Virus record (IMG/VR): IMGVR_UViG_3300023174_003694
Location: 981-64,980 of that record
Reading direction: 5' to 3' (one strand)
Source: a virus
DNA length: 64,000 nucleotides
The number at the start of each line of letters is the position of its first letter. The stretch's first letter is position 1. Below, in pieces: positions 1 through 11,169 of the stretch. The translations under genes and the position numbers were made by a program. The notes under the pieces were generated by a model. The model was given only the letters and a program-made list of their open reading frames with translations. It was not told the origin of the DNA and did not search any database.

Positions 1-1
1 A

Positions 2-358
2 AGTATTGTGTTTGTGTCTGGATTAGCTAAAAGAGTATCAAAATTAGAAGATGATTCAAAAGGACATGAAAATTCAATTGAAGGTGCTTATAAGGAAATA
101 TCTGAAAGAGATATACAAAACAATCTGCGAATAGATCGAGAGATTGATAGAACTAACAAAATGTGCGACGAGTTGCACAGAGACTTAAATAAAAATCTTG
201 AAGAAGCTCATCGAGATTTAAGTAACCGAGCTGACGGAATCGATAGGACAATTAGTAATGAAATTAGTGAAATTTATAGTACTATTGACTCTCGAGTAGA
301 TAAGTTAGAACAGAAATTAACAGGTACCTTAGGTGCCAAACAAGTAATTAAAGGATAA
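2..358 (+). CDS. hypothetical coiled-coil protein, 5'-truncated at window edge
   Basis: ORF open to position 2 with no stop. Heptad-rich charged sequence (KLEDDSK, REIDRTNKMCDELHRDLNKNLEEAHRDL). Confidence 0.4.
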   Translation, partial: SIVFVSGLAKRVSKLEDDSKGHENSIEGAYKEISERDIQNNLRIDREIDRTNKMCDELHRDLNKNLEEAHRDLSNRADGIDRTISNEISEIYSTIDSRVDKLEQKLTGTLGAKQVIKG

Positions 359-387
359 TAATAACAAGAGACTGGCCTAATTAATTT

Positions 388-1782
388 ATGAAAAGAGTTT
401 TATTTATAATTAACAAAATGAACTTCCGTCCCTCTTCAGGGCACGGAATTTTCATGAAAGGAGCTATAGACACATTTCTAGAGAATGGTCACTTTATAGA
501 TGTCTTATCTGACGGGGAACCTGATGATAACTTCTTAAAGGACTATCCTATTAATTTTATATTTCCAGACAAACAAGACAGATTAGCATATTCAAAACAT
601 TCTAATTTGTTTCAATTTGCAGATAGCTTTAATTTTGAAAAAGCAATTAACTTTCGATCTGCAATTACCAAAGCATTGGCAACTAATGTATATGATTTAA
701 TAATTTGTAATGATACAGAATCAGCTTTTGTATGTTATCAAATGGAACTTTATAAACATATACACGTAACTTCATATGCTCATGAATGTGCTTCTATCAA
801 CCCTGAATTAGGAGCTGGCGTATTCAAAGACTGCTATTATAATTTAATAGAGCAAATGATGTACTTTCCAATTACAACATTAATTCAGACTGAACAAAAT
901 AAAGAAAAGATACTTCCTTTACTTCCATTTCCAAATCCTAATCTTTATGTACAGCTTTATCCATTAACAGATGCGAACGCTGTAAATATCAAAGAGAGAG
1001 ACGGGTTACTTTATATAGGACGTCATGAAGACCGTAAGAATCCGGCCGCTTATATCAAGTGTCTGGCAGACATAAAAGAGAAGTTTGGCATTGAATTGAA
1101 GGCTAATGTAATGACGCGTCAAGCACACGTTAAAAAGTTTGAAGCTGACTTTGCTTCTATAGGTCATACCAATTATGAAATTGTAGCTGATGTAGTAGGT
1201 GAAGAAAAAGCTCAAATAATTCAAAAGTCAAAAGTAGCATTTATGCCATATAAAAATGAATCATTTGGAATAGCAGTGTTAGAAGCATTAAGATATATGC
1301 CTACCATTGTGTTAGACAAATTTGATTGGCATTACAACTTCAAAGGATTTTCAAATTTCATTGTAGCTGATTCTAAAAATGTAGCAGAGACTGTATTTGC
1401 TTCTTATAATGCAAAGCCTATTGAGGAAGATGTAATTTTAAAAGAGTTTGCAGATTATCAAAACTCTTATGAACAATCTTTGTTAGGTTTGCTAGATGGC
1501 CCAATAATGGGTAAAGGTAAAGAGCCACGAAATAGATTATACACTTATCTACAAGAGAATAAAGGAACTTGGGTAGATCTCGCTAAATATTTTCAAACAG
1601 AAAATTCCAAAGGAGTGATGTATCTAACTTCAGATATTGAAACCATTTATGTAAATTTAGGTTGGTATCAAATTAAACAAACAAATCACGAAACATATTT
1701 AGGAATTCCAGACGACAATGGAAATTTAGAACATAAAGAAATTGAAAATCCTTCAGATGCTTTATCTAGTTTTTTTCAATAG
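388..1782 (+). CDS. GT-B fold glycosyltransferase (GT4-like)
   Basis: C-terminal E-x7-E-like motif (NESFGIAVLEALRYMPTIV) typical of GT4 retaining glycosyltransferases; 464 aa. Confidence 0.6.
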   Translation: MKRVLFIINKMNFRPSSGHGIFMKGAIDTFLENGHFIDVLSDGEPDDNFLKDYPINFIFPDKQDRLAYSKHSNLFQFADSFNFEKAINFRSAITKALATNVYDLIICNDTESAFVCYQMELYKHIHVTSYAHECASINPELGAGVFKDCYYNLIEQMMYFPITTLIQTEQNKEKILPLLPFPNPNLYVQLYPLTDANAVNIKERDGLLYIGRHEDRKNPAAYIKCLADIKEKFGIELKANVMTRQAHVKKFEADFASIGHTNYEIVADVVGEEKAQIIQKSKVAFMPYKNESFGIAVLEALRYMPTIVLDKFDWHYNFKGFSNFIVADSKNVAETVFASYNAKPIEEDVILKEFADYQNSYEQSLLGLLDGPIMGKGKEPRNRLYTYLQENKGTWVDLAKYFQTENSKGVMYLTSDIETIYVNLGWYQIKQTNHETYLGIPDDNGNLEHKEIENPSDALSSFFQ

Positions 1783-1812
1783 GAATCCTTATATTAAATA
1801 AAAATTAAGTTT

Positions 1813-2829
1813 ATGAGTAAAATTATTTATCTTCCTTTAGAAGAATTACCACAAAGGTATACAGGTATGATGAATGCAGCTATCTATCCAAAAGTAGATA
1901 TCTCTTTATATCCTAAAATTGAAATTGATACTGAAATTAAAAGAGGTCAATTTCTAGACATTGTCAATACATGTAAATTCAAAGCAGCCCAACTTCAAAT
2001 GATTGCAGATTTATTTAATGAAGGCAAAGTAGAAAATGGAGATGCATTTTTAATCGGAGATATATTCTTCCCAGGAATTGAAATGATTAAATATATGTCC
2101 GAACTTCAAGGTATGGATGTAAAAGTGTATGGAATTAATTATGCAGGTAGAGCTGATAAGACAGACTTTGTACAGCAATTATCATATTGGGCAGATGCTT
2201 CAGAAGCAGGATATCACTTTATCTGTGATGGAATTTTTGTAGGCAGTGATGACCATAAAGAAAATGTATGTAAACATTTTAATTTGAACCCAGCAACTGT
2301 GTACACGACAGGATTGGTATGGGACTTGGAATACATGAAGCAATTTCCAAACGACGGAGATAAAGAAGATTTTGTTATTTGGCCACATAGATTTTCCAAA
2401 GAAAAAGGAATTGCTGAATTAATTGAGTTTGCAAAATTCACAGACAAGAAAATTATTATCACTTCTTCAGGCCCAGCAAAAGATTTAGGTAAACTTCCTA
2501 AAAATATTGAGTATAGACATTCATTAACGAAAGCAGAGTACTTTGATTTAATGAGAAGAGCAAAATGGTACTTGTCGACAGCATATCAAGAAACGTTTGG
2601 TTACACTATTCAAGAAGCAATTTATTTCGGTTGTGAAATTTTAGTTCCAAATAGAGCATGTTGCCCTGAAATGGTTCCGGCTAAAAATGTTTATAATTCA
2701 GTAGATGAAATTGAAACGAAATTTAATGAGGGCGGCTTAGTAGTTCCAATGTCTTGGACAGAAAAATGGGATAACAATGCACAAACGATGATTGACATCA
2801 TAAAAGAAGATCAAACTAAAAATAACTAA
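1813..2829 (+). CDS. GT-B fold glycosyltransferase (GT4-like)
   Basis: QETFGYTIQEAIYFGCEILVPN matches the GT4 EX7E nucleotide-sugar binding motif. ATATTAAATAAAA motif lies upstream. Confidence 0.6.
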   Translation: MSKIIYLPLEELPQRYTGMMNAAIYPKVDISLYPKIEIDTEIKRGQFLDIVNTCKFKAAQLQMIADLFNEGKVENGDAFLIGDIFFPGIEMIKYMSELQGMDVKVYGINYAGRADKTDFVQQLSYWADASEAGYHFICDGIFVGSDDHKENVCKHFNLNPATVYTTGLVWDLEYMKQFPNDGDKEDFVIWPHRFSKEKGIAELIEFAKFTDKKIIITSSGPAKDLGKLPKNIEYRHSLTKAEYFDLMRRAKWYLSTAYQETFGYTIQEAIYFGCEILVPNRACCPEMVPAKNVYNSVDEIETKFNEGGLVVPMSWTEKWDNNAQTMIDIIKEDQTKNN

Positions 2830-2873
2830 ATTCTATAAGATTTTTTCTATAAAGTATATATTTATATTAGACA

Positions 2874-3035
2874 ATGGGACGCAAAAAGAAATATAATACA
2901 CCTGAAGAATTAGCTGAAGCTAGAAAACAGTATGCTAAAAATTTCTATGAACGAAACAAGGAAAGATTAAATAACGCTTCAATGAAAAAGTATTATGAAA
3001 AAAGGAATAATTTACAAGACAACGAATCTAATTAA
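2874..3035 (+). CDS. small basic ORF (53 aa) overlapping the start of the GIY-YIG gene in another frame
   Basis: ATG at 2874 preceded by the ATATTTATATTAG motif. Lys/Arg-rich peptide (MGRKKKYNTPEELAEARKQYAKNFYERNKERL). Overlaps 2995..3570 by 41 nt in a different frame. Confidence 0.25.
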   Translation: MGRKKKYNTPEELAEARKQYAKNFYERNKERLNNASMKKYYEKRNNLQDNESN

Positions 3036-3570
3036 TGGTAAATTTTATGTAGGAAAAGATCAAAATAATAACGATCGATACCTAGGATCTGGATTACTAT
3101 TAAAAAAAGCTATTAAAAAATATGGTAGAGAAAATTTTCTTAAAGAAATTTTAGAAGAATGTCTGATAGAAGTGTTAGATATTAAAGAAATGTATTGGAT
3201 TGACAAATTAAATGCAGTATCAAACGGCTATAATTTAGCAGAAGGTGGCAAAGGTGGTAATACACGTAAAGGATATTCAGAAGAACAAATGATAGAATGG
3301 AAGGATAAAAAGTCAAAAGCACAAATGGGAAAGATTGGTCACGCTTCCGGCCCTAGACCAACACAATCAGAAAGCTTAAAAAAGGCACATGAGGCTGGTA
3401 AATATAATTATAAACATTTGTGCAGACCGATGAGTGAATCTAATAAAGCAGCTTTGTTAAAAGGAAGACAAGAAGCAAAGCATGATGTTATATGTGATCA
3501 TTGTGGACGTAGTATACCGCATACACATATTAAAGTTCATATGAAAAGTTCCAAATGTAAAAAAATTTAA
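2995..3570 (+). CDS. GIY-YIG homing endonuclease (free-standing, Seg/I-TevI-like)
   Basis: N-terminal GIIYKTTNLINGKFYVGKD is the GIY...YVG motif. NGYNLAEGG further downstream matches the I-TevI catalytic domain pattern. Confidence 0.85.
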   Translation: MKKGIIYKTTNLINGKFYVGKDQNNNDRYLGSGLLLKKAIKKYGRENFLKEILEECLIEVLDIKEMYWIDKLNAVSNGYNLAEGGKGGNTRKGYSEEQMIEWKDKKSKAQMGKIGHASGPRPTQSESLKKAHEAGKYNYKHLCRPMSESNKAALLKGRQEAKHDVICDHCGRSIPHTHIKVHMKSSKCKKI

Positions 3571-3586
3571 ACGTATTAAATAAGTT

Positions 3587-6160
3587 ATGGCATATCAAAA
3601 TATAGCATATCAAAAGAATAAGAATTTAATTCACGTATGGGATGACAAAAAAGGTCATATGCAATTTCCATTCAAGAAGTATGCTTATAAAAAGTCTGCT
3701 CATGGAAAGTTTGTAGCACTTGATGGCTCTAAATTAGAAAAGGTAACTAAATGGGACGACTCTGATTTACAAAGAGGTCAAATTTATGAATCTGACATCA
3801 ACCCAGAAACAAGAACGCTAATTGATTTATATTTCGAAACGGATGATCCTTCCACAGGTCACAGAGAGATGTTTATCGATATTGAAGTCTCGACAGAAGG
3901 TGGATTTTCTTCAGCAGAAGAAGCTTGGCAACCAATGACTTCAATCGCATTTCATGATAGAACTGCAAAGCAATCTGTAGCAATTATTGTAGACAAAGAC
4001 AGGACTTTGAAACCATATACAGATAAAGATTTGATTTTAGAAGTAGTTCAGACAGAATACGAACTTATATCTAAATTTCTTACTTATTATATGGAAATCA
4101 ATCCAACTATTATAACAGGATGGAACATTGATTATTTTGATATTCCATATTTGTATAATAGAATTTCACAAGTAGCTGGAAAGGAATATGCAAATACTTT
4201 ATCTCCTATTAATGAAGTAATTTATCTTCCTCATAGAAATAGATATAGAATAATGGGAGTGTCTTGTTTAGATTACATGGCATTGTATAAACTATTTACT
4301 TACTCGGAAGAGTCTTCATATTCTCTAGACAATATTTGTAAAAAGGAATTAGGTAAAGGTAAGATTGAATATGAAGGAAACCTAGATCATTTATATAAAA
4401 CAGATCCTGAAAAGTTTGTAGAGTATAACGTAAATGACGTTACTTTAGTTTTAGAGTTAGATGAGAAGCTTAAGTTTTTATCTTTGGCCCGAGGTATCTG
4501 TCACAAAGGTCACGTGCCTTATGAAGATGTTTATTTCACTACAAGATATCTAGATGGAGCCTGCGTGACTTATATGAAGCGATTAGGAATAGTTGCTCCA
4601 GATAGAAAGCTAAAAGACCATTCAAAGGTTACTGAAGATGAGGATGGTACTGAAAATGACTTTGCAGGAGCTTATGTGAAAGATCCAATTCCAGGTGTGT
4701 ATGAATGGGTATTTGACGAAGATATGGCGTCTCTATATCCTTCTATTATTAGAACTTTAAACATATCTCCAGAGACTAAAGTAGGTAGAATTGAAAATTG
4801 GGATTCAGTAAAAGAGTCTTTTTGGAATAACACAAATGACACTACAAGTGCAAAAATTAAAGCAGGTGCAAGACATTCGCTAATTCCAATAAATGAATTT
4901 AGAGATTATTTAGTTGAGAATAAATTTACAGTATCTTCAATTGGAGTAGTGTATGATTATTCTAGAAATGGATTGATTCCTTCTATTCTTGAAACTTGGA
5001 TGAATGAAAGAGAAGAGTATAGAGCTCTTGCTAAAAAATATGGTAAAGAAGGAGACGCTGAAATGTCTAAATTCTTTGACTCTAGACAGCATACAATGAA
5101 AATTGTAAATAACTCTTTGTATGGTGCATTAGGAGCTCCCGGTTTTAGATTCCATGATTTGGATAACGCAGAGTCTATTACACTAACGGGACAGCAGGTT
5201 ATCAAGCACGCGATGTTCAAAGGTAATGAATGGTTTACTAAACAAACTGGAGTTGATAAAGAGTATGTAATTTATGTGGATACGGATTCAAATTACTTCT
5301 CTGCTAAACCTATAATTGATTTAATGGAATCGAAAATGGGTAAAGAATTAACTAAACAAGAAAAGATTGATGTAACTTATAAAACTTCTCAGGTAGTTGA
5401 AAAGTATATTAATGAGTCTTGGGATGCATTTTGTTTAAATATCTTAAACTCTAATAAACACTTCTTATCTATTAAACAAGAATATGTAGCAGAGTCCGGA
5501 TTATGGATTGCCAAGAAACGTTATGCACAAAAAATTATATCAGAGAAAGGAGTTCTAATCTCTGAAATGACTAATGGAGCTAAAGAATGGAAACTAGATG
5601 TAAAAGGAATGGATGTTGTAAGATCGAATTTCCCAAAAGCATTTAGAGAATTTATGTCTGGTATTTTAATTGACATCTTAAATATATCTCCTCAAAAGAA
5701 AATTGATGATAAGGTGTTAGCATTTCGAGAAGAAATGAAGCAAAAGCCTATGTTTGATATCATGTTCCCGACAGGAGTAAAGGAATTGAAAAAATACAAG
5801 ACTAAAAAAGCCAAAGGTCAAATGTTTGGAGATAGAGTTAAAGGAACTCCAATACACGCAAAGTCAGCTTTGAATTATAATGATTTAATGACTTACTATA
5901 AAATTACTTTATCACAGCCAATTATAGATGGCGAAAAGATTAAGTGGACTTATTTGAAAAATAATCCTTTTGGATTAGATACTTGTGCTGTAAAAGGATT
6001 TGATGATCCAGAAGAAATACTTAAATTTATAACTCAGTATATAGACTATGATAGAATATTCACTGCGTCTTTAGAAAATAAGCTTCAAGGATTTTACGAT
6101 GCTTTGAGTTATGGTAGAATTCCTAAAAATGATAATATGGCTGATTTTTTCAGCTTCTAA
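3587..6160 (+). CDS. family B DNA polymerase with 3'-5' proofreading exonuclease
   Basis: Exo I FIDIEV. Pol motif A DEDMASLYPSII. Motif B KIVNNSLYGALG. Motif C VIYVDTDSNYF. 857 aa. Confidence 0.95.
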   Translation: MAYQNIAYQKNKNLIHVWDDKKGHMQFPFKKYAYKKSAHGKFVALDGSKLEKVTKWDDSDLQRGQIYESDINPETRTLIDLYFETDDPSTGHREMFIDIEVSTEGGFSSAEEAWQPMTSIAFHDRTAKQSVAIIVDKDRTLKPYTDKDLILEVVQTEYELISKFLTYYMEINPTIITGWNIDYFDIPYLYNRISQVAGKEYANTLSPINEVIYLPHRNRYRIMGVSCLDYMALYKLFTYSEESSYSLDNICKKELGKGKIEYEGNLDHLYKTDPEKFVEYNVNDVTLVLELDEKLKFLSLARGICHKGHVPYEDVYFTTRYLDGACVTYMKRLGIVAPDRKLKDHSKVTEDEDGTENDFAGAYVKDPIPGVYEWVFDEDMASLYPSIIRTLNISPETKVGRIENWDSVKESFWNNTNDTTSAKIKAGARHSLIPINEFRDYLVENKFTVSSIGVVYDYSRNGLIPSILETWMNEREEYRALAKKYGKEGDAEMSKFFDSRQHTMKIVNNSLYGALGAPGFRFHDLDNAESITLTGQQVIKHAMFKGNEWFTKQTGVDKEYVIYVDTDSNYFSAKPIIDLMESKMGKELTKQEKIDVTYKTSQVVEKYINESWDAFCLNILNSNKHFLSIKQEYVAESGLWIAKKRYAQKIISEKGVLISEMTNGAKEWKLDVKGMDVVRSNFPKAFREFMSGILIDILNISPQKKIDDKVLAFREEMKQKPMFDIMFPTGVKELKKYKTKKAKGQMFGDRVKGTPIHAKSALNYNDLMTYYKITLSQPIIDGEKIKWTYLKNNPFGLDTCAVKGFDDPEEILKFITQYIDYDRIFTASLENKLQGFYDALSYGRIPKNDNMADFFSF

Positions 6161-6169
6161 AATTAAATT

Positions 6170-6526
6170 ATGAAAACAACGACAGCTGTAATAGTAAAAT
6201 TGTCTATAGACGCTTGCCACAATTTCCCTGCTGCTAAAGAATTATTTCCAGAGGTAGCTTTTTTATCTGATAGACATAGACATATGTTTCACTTTAAAGT
6301 ATGTAAAAAAGTATATCATGATGATAGAGATGTAGAATTTATAATGTTTAAGAGAGATATATTAGCATATCTTTCAGATAAGTATTATGACGCGACAACT
6401 CGAACTCATGAATTTGGTTCAATGTCCTGTGAAATGTTAGGAAGAGAACTTTTCAATCAATTTGATTGTAAATGGGTTGAAGTTTGGGAAGATGAAGAGA
6501 ATGGTGCTATAGTAGAAGGTTTATGA
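6170..6526 (+). CDS. queD: QueD-like 6-carboxy-5,6,7,8-tetrahydropterin synthase (PTPS family)
   Basis: 118 aa. IDACHNFP...RHRHMFHF aligns with the E. coli QueD FEAAHRLP...GRLHGHSF zinc/catalytic motifs. C-terminal similarity is weaker but present. Confidence 0.6.
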   Translation: MKTTTAVIVKLSIDACHNFPAAKELFPEVAFLSDRHRHMFHFKVCKKVYHDDRDVEFIMFKRDILAYLSDKYYDATTRTHEFGSMSCEMLGRELFNQFDCKWVEVWEDEENGAIVEGL

Positions 6527-7527
6527 TAACCATTTATGTGATATCAGATAATTTAGTAACTGAGCCTAATTCGTGGGAGACTCATTTAGCCTCTATACTT
6601 CAAGGATATATAGAAGCTAATAAATTAGACACTTATACGATTAAGGATATATCCAGTTTATCTGATATTAAAGAGTTATTTAAAACTAAAGCTATTCAAA
6701 CTGATGACAAATTTATATTTCCTAATGCATGGGGCTCTTCAGCAACTTACATTAAACATTGGTCAGAGTATTATAATATACCAGTTGAGACAATTGGAAT
6801 GTGGTCAAGAGGATGTTTTATTAATGATGACAAAGAATTTAGACCGATAGGAAATAGAGATTGGAGAAAGGTATTTGAAAGAGCATCTTTTAGATGTTTA
6901 GATAAATCATTTTTTATTTCAGAGTATTTCAAAGAGCAGTTTAGAATTTATGTATCTAAGTTTGTATTTCCCGATAGGTTAGGAGTAATTGCATTTCCAT
7001 TAGATTATTTAGAATTGGAAATGGCTTTGTACAAAAATAAACATTATAAGCAGGACATGATAATCTTTCCGTGGAATTCATATACTCCACTTCAAGAACA
7101 AATTATGTACGACTTTGTAAGAGTGTTTAAGAATATGCAAATTATATTTGCTCAAGAAAAAAGTCCTTTGGAAAGACATCAGCTTTTGACTCAAATTCAA
7201 AAATCAAAAGTTGCATTTTTACCATATGACTATCCTAATATAGGAGCTGAAATTTATGAATGTCTATTGTTAGGCACTATACCGCTAGTTCCGGATTTAG
7301 AAGGATTAAGAGATTTTGTTCCAATGGAGTTTAGATATCCTCCAGAATGGACAGAAACAATTTTTAATTATAGTAAATACGCGCCTGATTTGACTTCAAA
7401 GATTAAAGATTTGACAGACAATTATACAATGTATGTACCATTAATTAATAACCAGTTAGAACATTTATTTGAAACACATTACGACTCAGAAAAAATAATT
7501 GAGCAAATATTTGGAAATTCCAATTGA
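6523..7527 (+). CDS. GT-B-like glycosyltransferase (putative), between queD-like and TGT-like genes
   Basis: C-terminal QKSKVAFLPYDYPNIGAEIYECLLLGTIPLV parallels the QKSKVAFMPY...FGIAVLEAL block of ORF 388..1782. No QueC or QueE motifs. Confidence 0.35.
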   Translation: MITIYVISDNLVTEPNSWETHLASILQGYIEANKLDTYTIKDISSLSDIKELFKTKAIQTDDKFIFPNAWGSSATYIKHWSEYYNIPVETIGMWSRGCFINDDKEFRPIGNRDWRKVFERASFRCLDKSFFISEYFKEQFRIYVSKFVFPDRLGVIAFPLDYLELEMALYKNKHYKQDMIIFPWNSYTPLQEQIMYDFVRVFKNMQIIFAQEKSPLERHQLLTQIQKSKVAFLPYDYPNIGAEIYECLLLGTIPLVPDLEGLRDFVPMEFRYPPEWTETIFNYSKYAPDLTSKIKDLTDNYTMYVPLINNQLEHLFETHYDSEKIIEQIFGNSN

Positions 7528-7545
7528 AAATTATATATTTAGAAT

Positions 7546-8799
7546 ATGAAAGAAAAAAAGTTAGTTTATTTCCCGTCTCTATCGAGTGGAGCTTATGCAT
7601 CGCCTTTGACTAAAGACGCAGAGGTAGCTCCAGGAGTTCCATATAGATTTTGGGATGATAGAGTGCCTGAAGAGTGGCGTTATAAGTATTTCCTTATGAC
7701 AGCAGGTCACTTATACAAAAAAGAAGATATCCGACAAAAGTGGGGCTTGCAAGATACTTTAGTATTTGGAGACTCTGGTGGATTCCAAATTGCAACAGGA
7801 GCCTTGAAATGGGACATGGCATTGCGTGATCAAATATTTGAATGGTTAGAAGCTAATTCAGATATTGCATGTAATATTGATATCCCACCTCGTGTTACTT
7901 ATGAAGGAAGATTCCAAGAGTGTTTGGATATGAGTTTAGATAACTTCAAGTACTTTGAAAAGAAACAATCTGGTAAGACTAATTTCTTAAATGTAGTGCA
8001 AGGTTCGAATCCGCAAGAATTTAGACATTGGTACAATACAGTTAAAGGATTGGAATTTGGAGGTTGGTGTATTGGATCGTCTAGAAGATTAGTAGACTTC
8101 ATGTACATTTTATCTTTGATGATTAAAGAGAAAGAGTTTTTGAAAGAAAATAATACTTGGATTCACTTATTAGGTATTTCGAAAGTATCTGACTTTTTCG
8201 TGTTAGCTTATTTACAAAAGTTGATGAATCAGTATACAGATAACAGAATTACTATTTCGACAGATTCTTCTTCTCCAGGTCAATATCCTATCTTTGGACA
8301 AATGGTTTGGAGTCCGAATTGGAAAGATCAAGTATTTAATATGTTGTATTTTCCAAAAGATGGTTCTAATATGGGGTATCCTGATCATGGACATCTTCCT
8401 TCTTTAGTTAATCATCCAGGTGTTCCTTATTTCACTTATGATATTGCTAAAAATTGGTCGACAGAAGCAGTAACTCGAGCTACATATCACAATTTGCATA
8501 TGTATATCTATACTGTAGACAATGTTGAAAAATTAATTGAGACTTGTCCTTTAGAGGCTATGGTTGATATTATTCCAAATGACTTAATTCAAGTATTGCG
8601 ATCTATGGAAGAAATGTTCAATTCTCCAGATCCAATTGCAGTATATGAAAGATATAGACAATTTTATGTTAAGTATGGCGGAGAGAATGTAATGAATATT
8701 GCAAAAGAAGTTGCAACTGAATTCTTCGACTATACAGCATTTGATTCAGTAGATATGAAAAAACTTAAAAAAGAACAAAAACTATTAAAAACAAAGTAA
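7546..8799 (+). CDS. dpdA: tRNA-guanine transglycosylase family protein, DpdA-like (7-deazaguanine DNA transglycosylase candidate)
   Basis: LVFGDSGGFQI matches the TGT catalytic DSGGFQ block. NVVQGS and IHLLGIS match further TGT blocks. Sits in the replication module next to the queD-like gene. No CxCxxC zinc motif seen. Confidence 0.65.
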   Translation: MKEKKLVYFPSLSSGAYASPLTKDAEVAPGVPYRFWDDRVPEEWRYKYFLMTAGHLYKKEDIRQKWGLQDTLVFGDSGGFQIATGALKWDMALRDQIFEWLEANSDIACNIDIPPRVTYEGRFQECLDMSLDNFKYFEKKQSGKTNFLNVVQGSNPQEFRHWYNTVKGLEFGGWCIGSSRRLVDFMYILSLMIKEKEFLKENNTWIHLLGISKVSDFFVLAYLQKLMNQYTDNRITISTDSSSPGQYPIFGQMVWSPNWKDQVFNMLYFPKDGSNMGYPDHGHLPSLVNHPGVPYFTYDIAKNWSTEAVTRATYHNLHMYIYTVDNVEKLIETCPLEAMVDIIPNDLIQVLRSMEEMFNSPDPIAVYERYRQFYVKYGGENVMNIAKEVATEFFDYTAFDSVDMKKLKKEQKLLKTK

Positions 8800-8803
8800 T
8801 TAA

Positions 8804-10420
<1,617 letters not shown>

Positions 10421-10455
10421 TCAGAATTATTAAATTAAGTTAAATACAAATTAAA

Positions 10456-11169
10456 ATGGAAAAAAGTAAGTTTATTGGTTTTATTAACCGTTACTTCTTG
10501 GCAGGTAATACAGATAGTGCCAAATTAGTCGTGAAAGACAAAAAATTAAGTACTAACTTTATTAGTGCAGACCAAAATGTAATTGGCGAGGTAGTTTTAA
10601 ATAACTTTGAAGCTTCTGATGCTGACTTAGGTGTTTATGCCACTTCTCAATTAGTAAAAATGTTGAGTGCAGTAGATGAGAAAATGGATATTACCTTTGG
10701 GGAAGTAGACAAAAAGATTTACTCTATGAATTTTAAAGATTCTAGCACAAATGTAACTTATATGTTAGCTGACTTATCAGTTATTAGACAAGTTCCTAAT
10801 TTAAAGTCATTGCCTGACTTTGATGTAAAGATTGAGTTGAATAAAGACTTCGCGAATAACTTTAAAAAGGCAGCGAATGCTTTACCAGAATCAGATAATT
10901 TTGGTGTAGAGTCCAATGGTGAAGAAACTAAAATTATTATCAACCACTCAAGTGTGAACACAAATAGAATTGTATTCTCGACAGACACTGTAGAGACTGC
11001 TTCAATGGACACAGTTTGTTTTTCAGCAAAATTGTTTAAGGAAATCTTAAATGCGAATGCTGATGCGACTGGGTTGTTAGAAGTGTCATCTAAAGGATTA
11101 GCAAGAGTAACTTTTACAAATGCTGATTATTCATCAACTTATTTCTTAGTTAAATTAACGATATCATAA
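10456..11169 (+). CDS. putative sliding clamp (T4 gp45-like)
   Basis: 237 aa, T4 gp45-like size. Directly precedes the clamp loader, as in the T4 45-44-62 gene order. Acidic protein. No strong motif, so the call is positional. Confidence 0.45.
   Translation: MEKSKFIGFINRYFLAGNTDSAKLVVKDKKLSTNFISADQNVIGEVVLNNFEASDADLGVYATSQLVKMLSAVDEKMDITFGEVDKKIYSMNFKDSSTNVTYMLADLSVIRQVPNLKSLPDFDVKIELNKDFANNFKKAANALPESDNFGVESNGEETKIIINHSSVNTNRIVFSTDTVETASMDTVCFSAKLFKEILNANADATGLLEVSSKGLARVTFTNADYSSTYFLVKLTIS

Noticed and set aside
6523-7527. Considered QueC or QueE (preQ0 pathway) because of its position between queD-like and TGT-like genes
   Set aside because: No SGGxDS PP-loop (QueC) and no CxxxCxxC radical-SAM motif (QueE). 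The C-terminus instead parallels the GT-B glycosyltransferase block of ORF 388.
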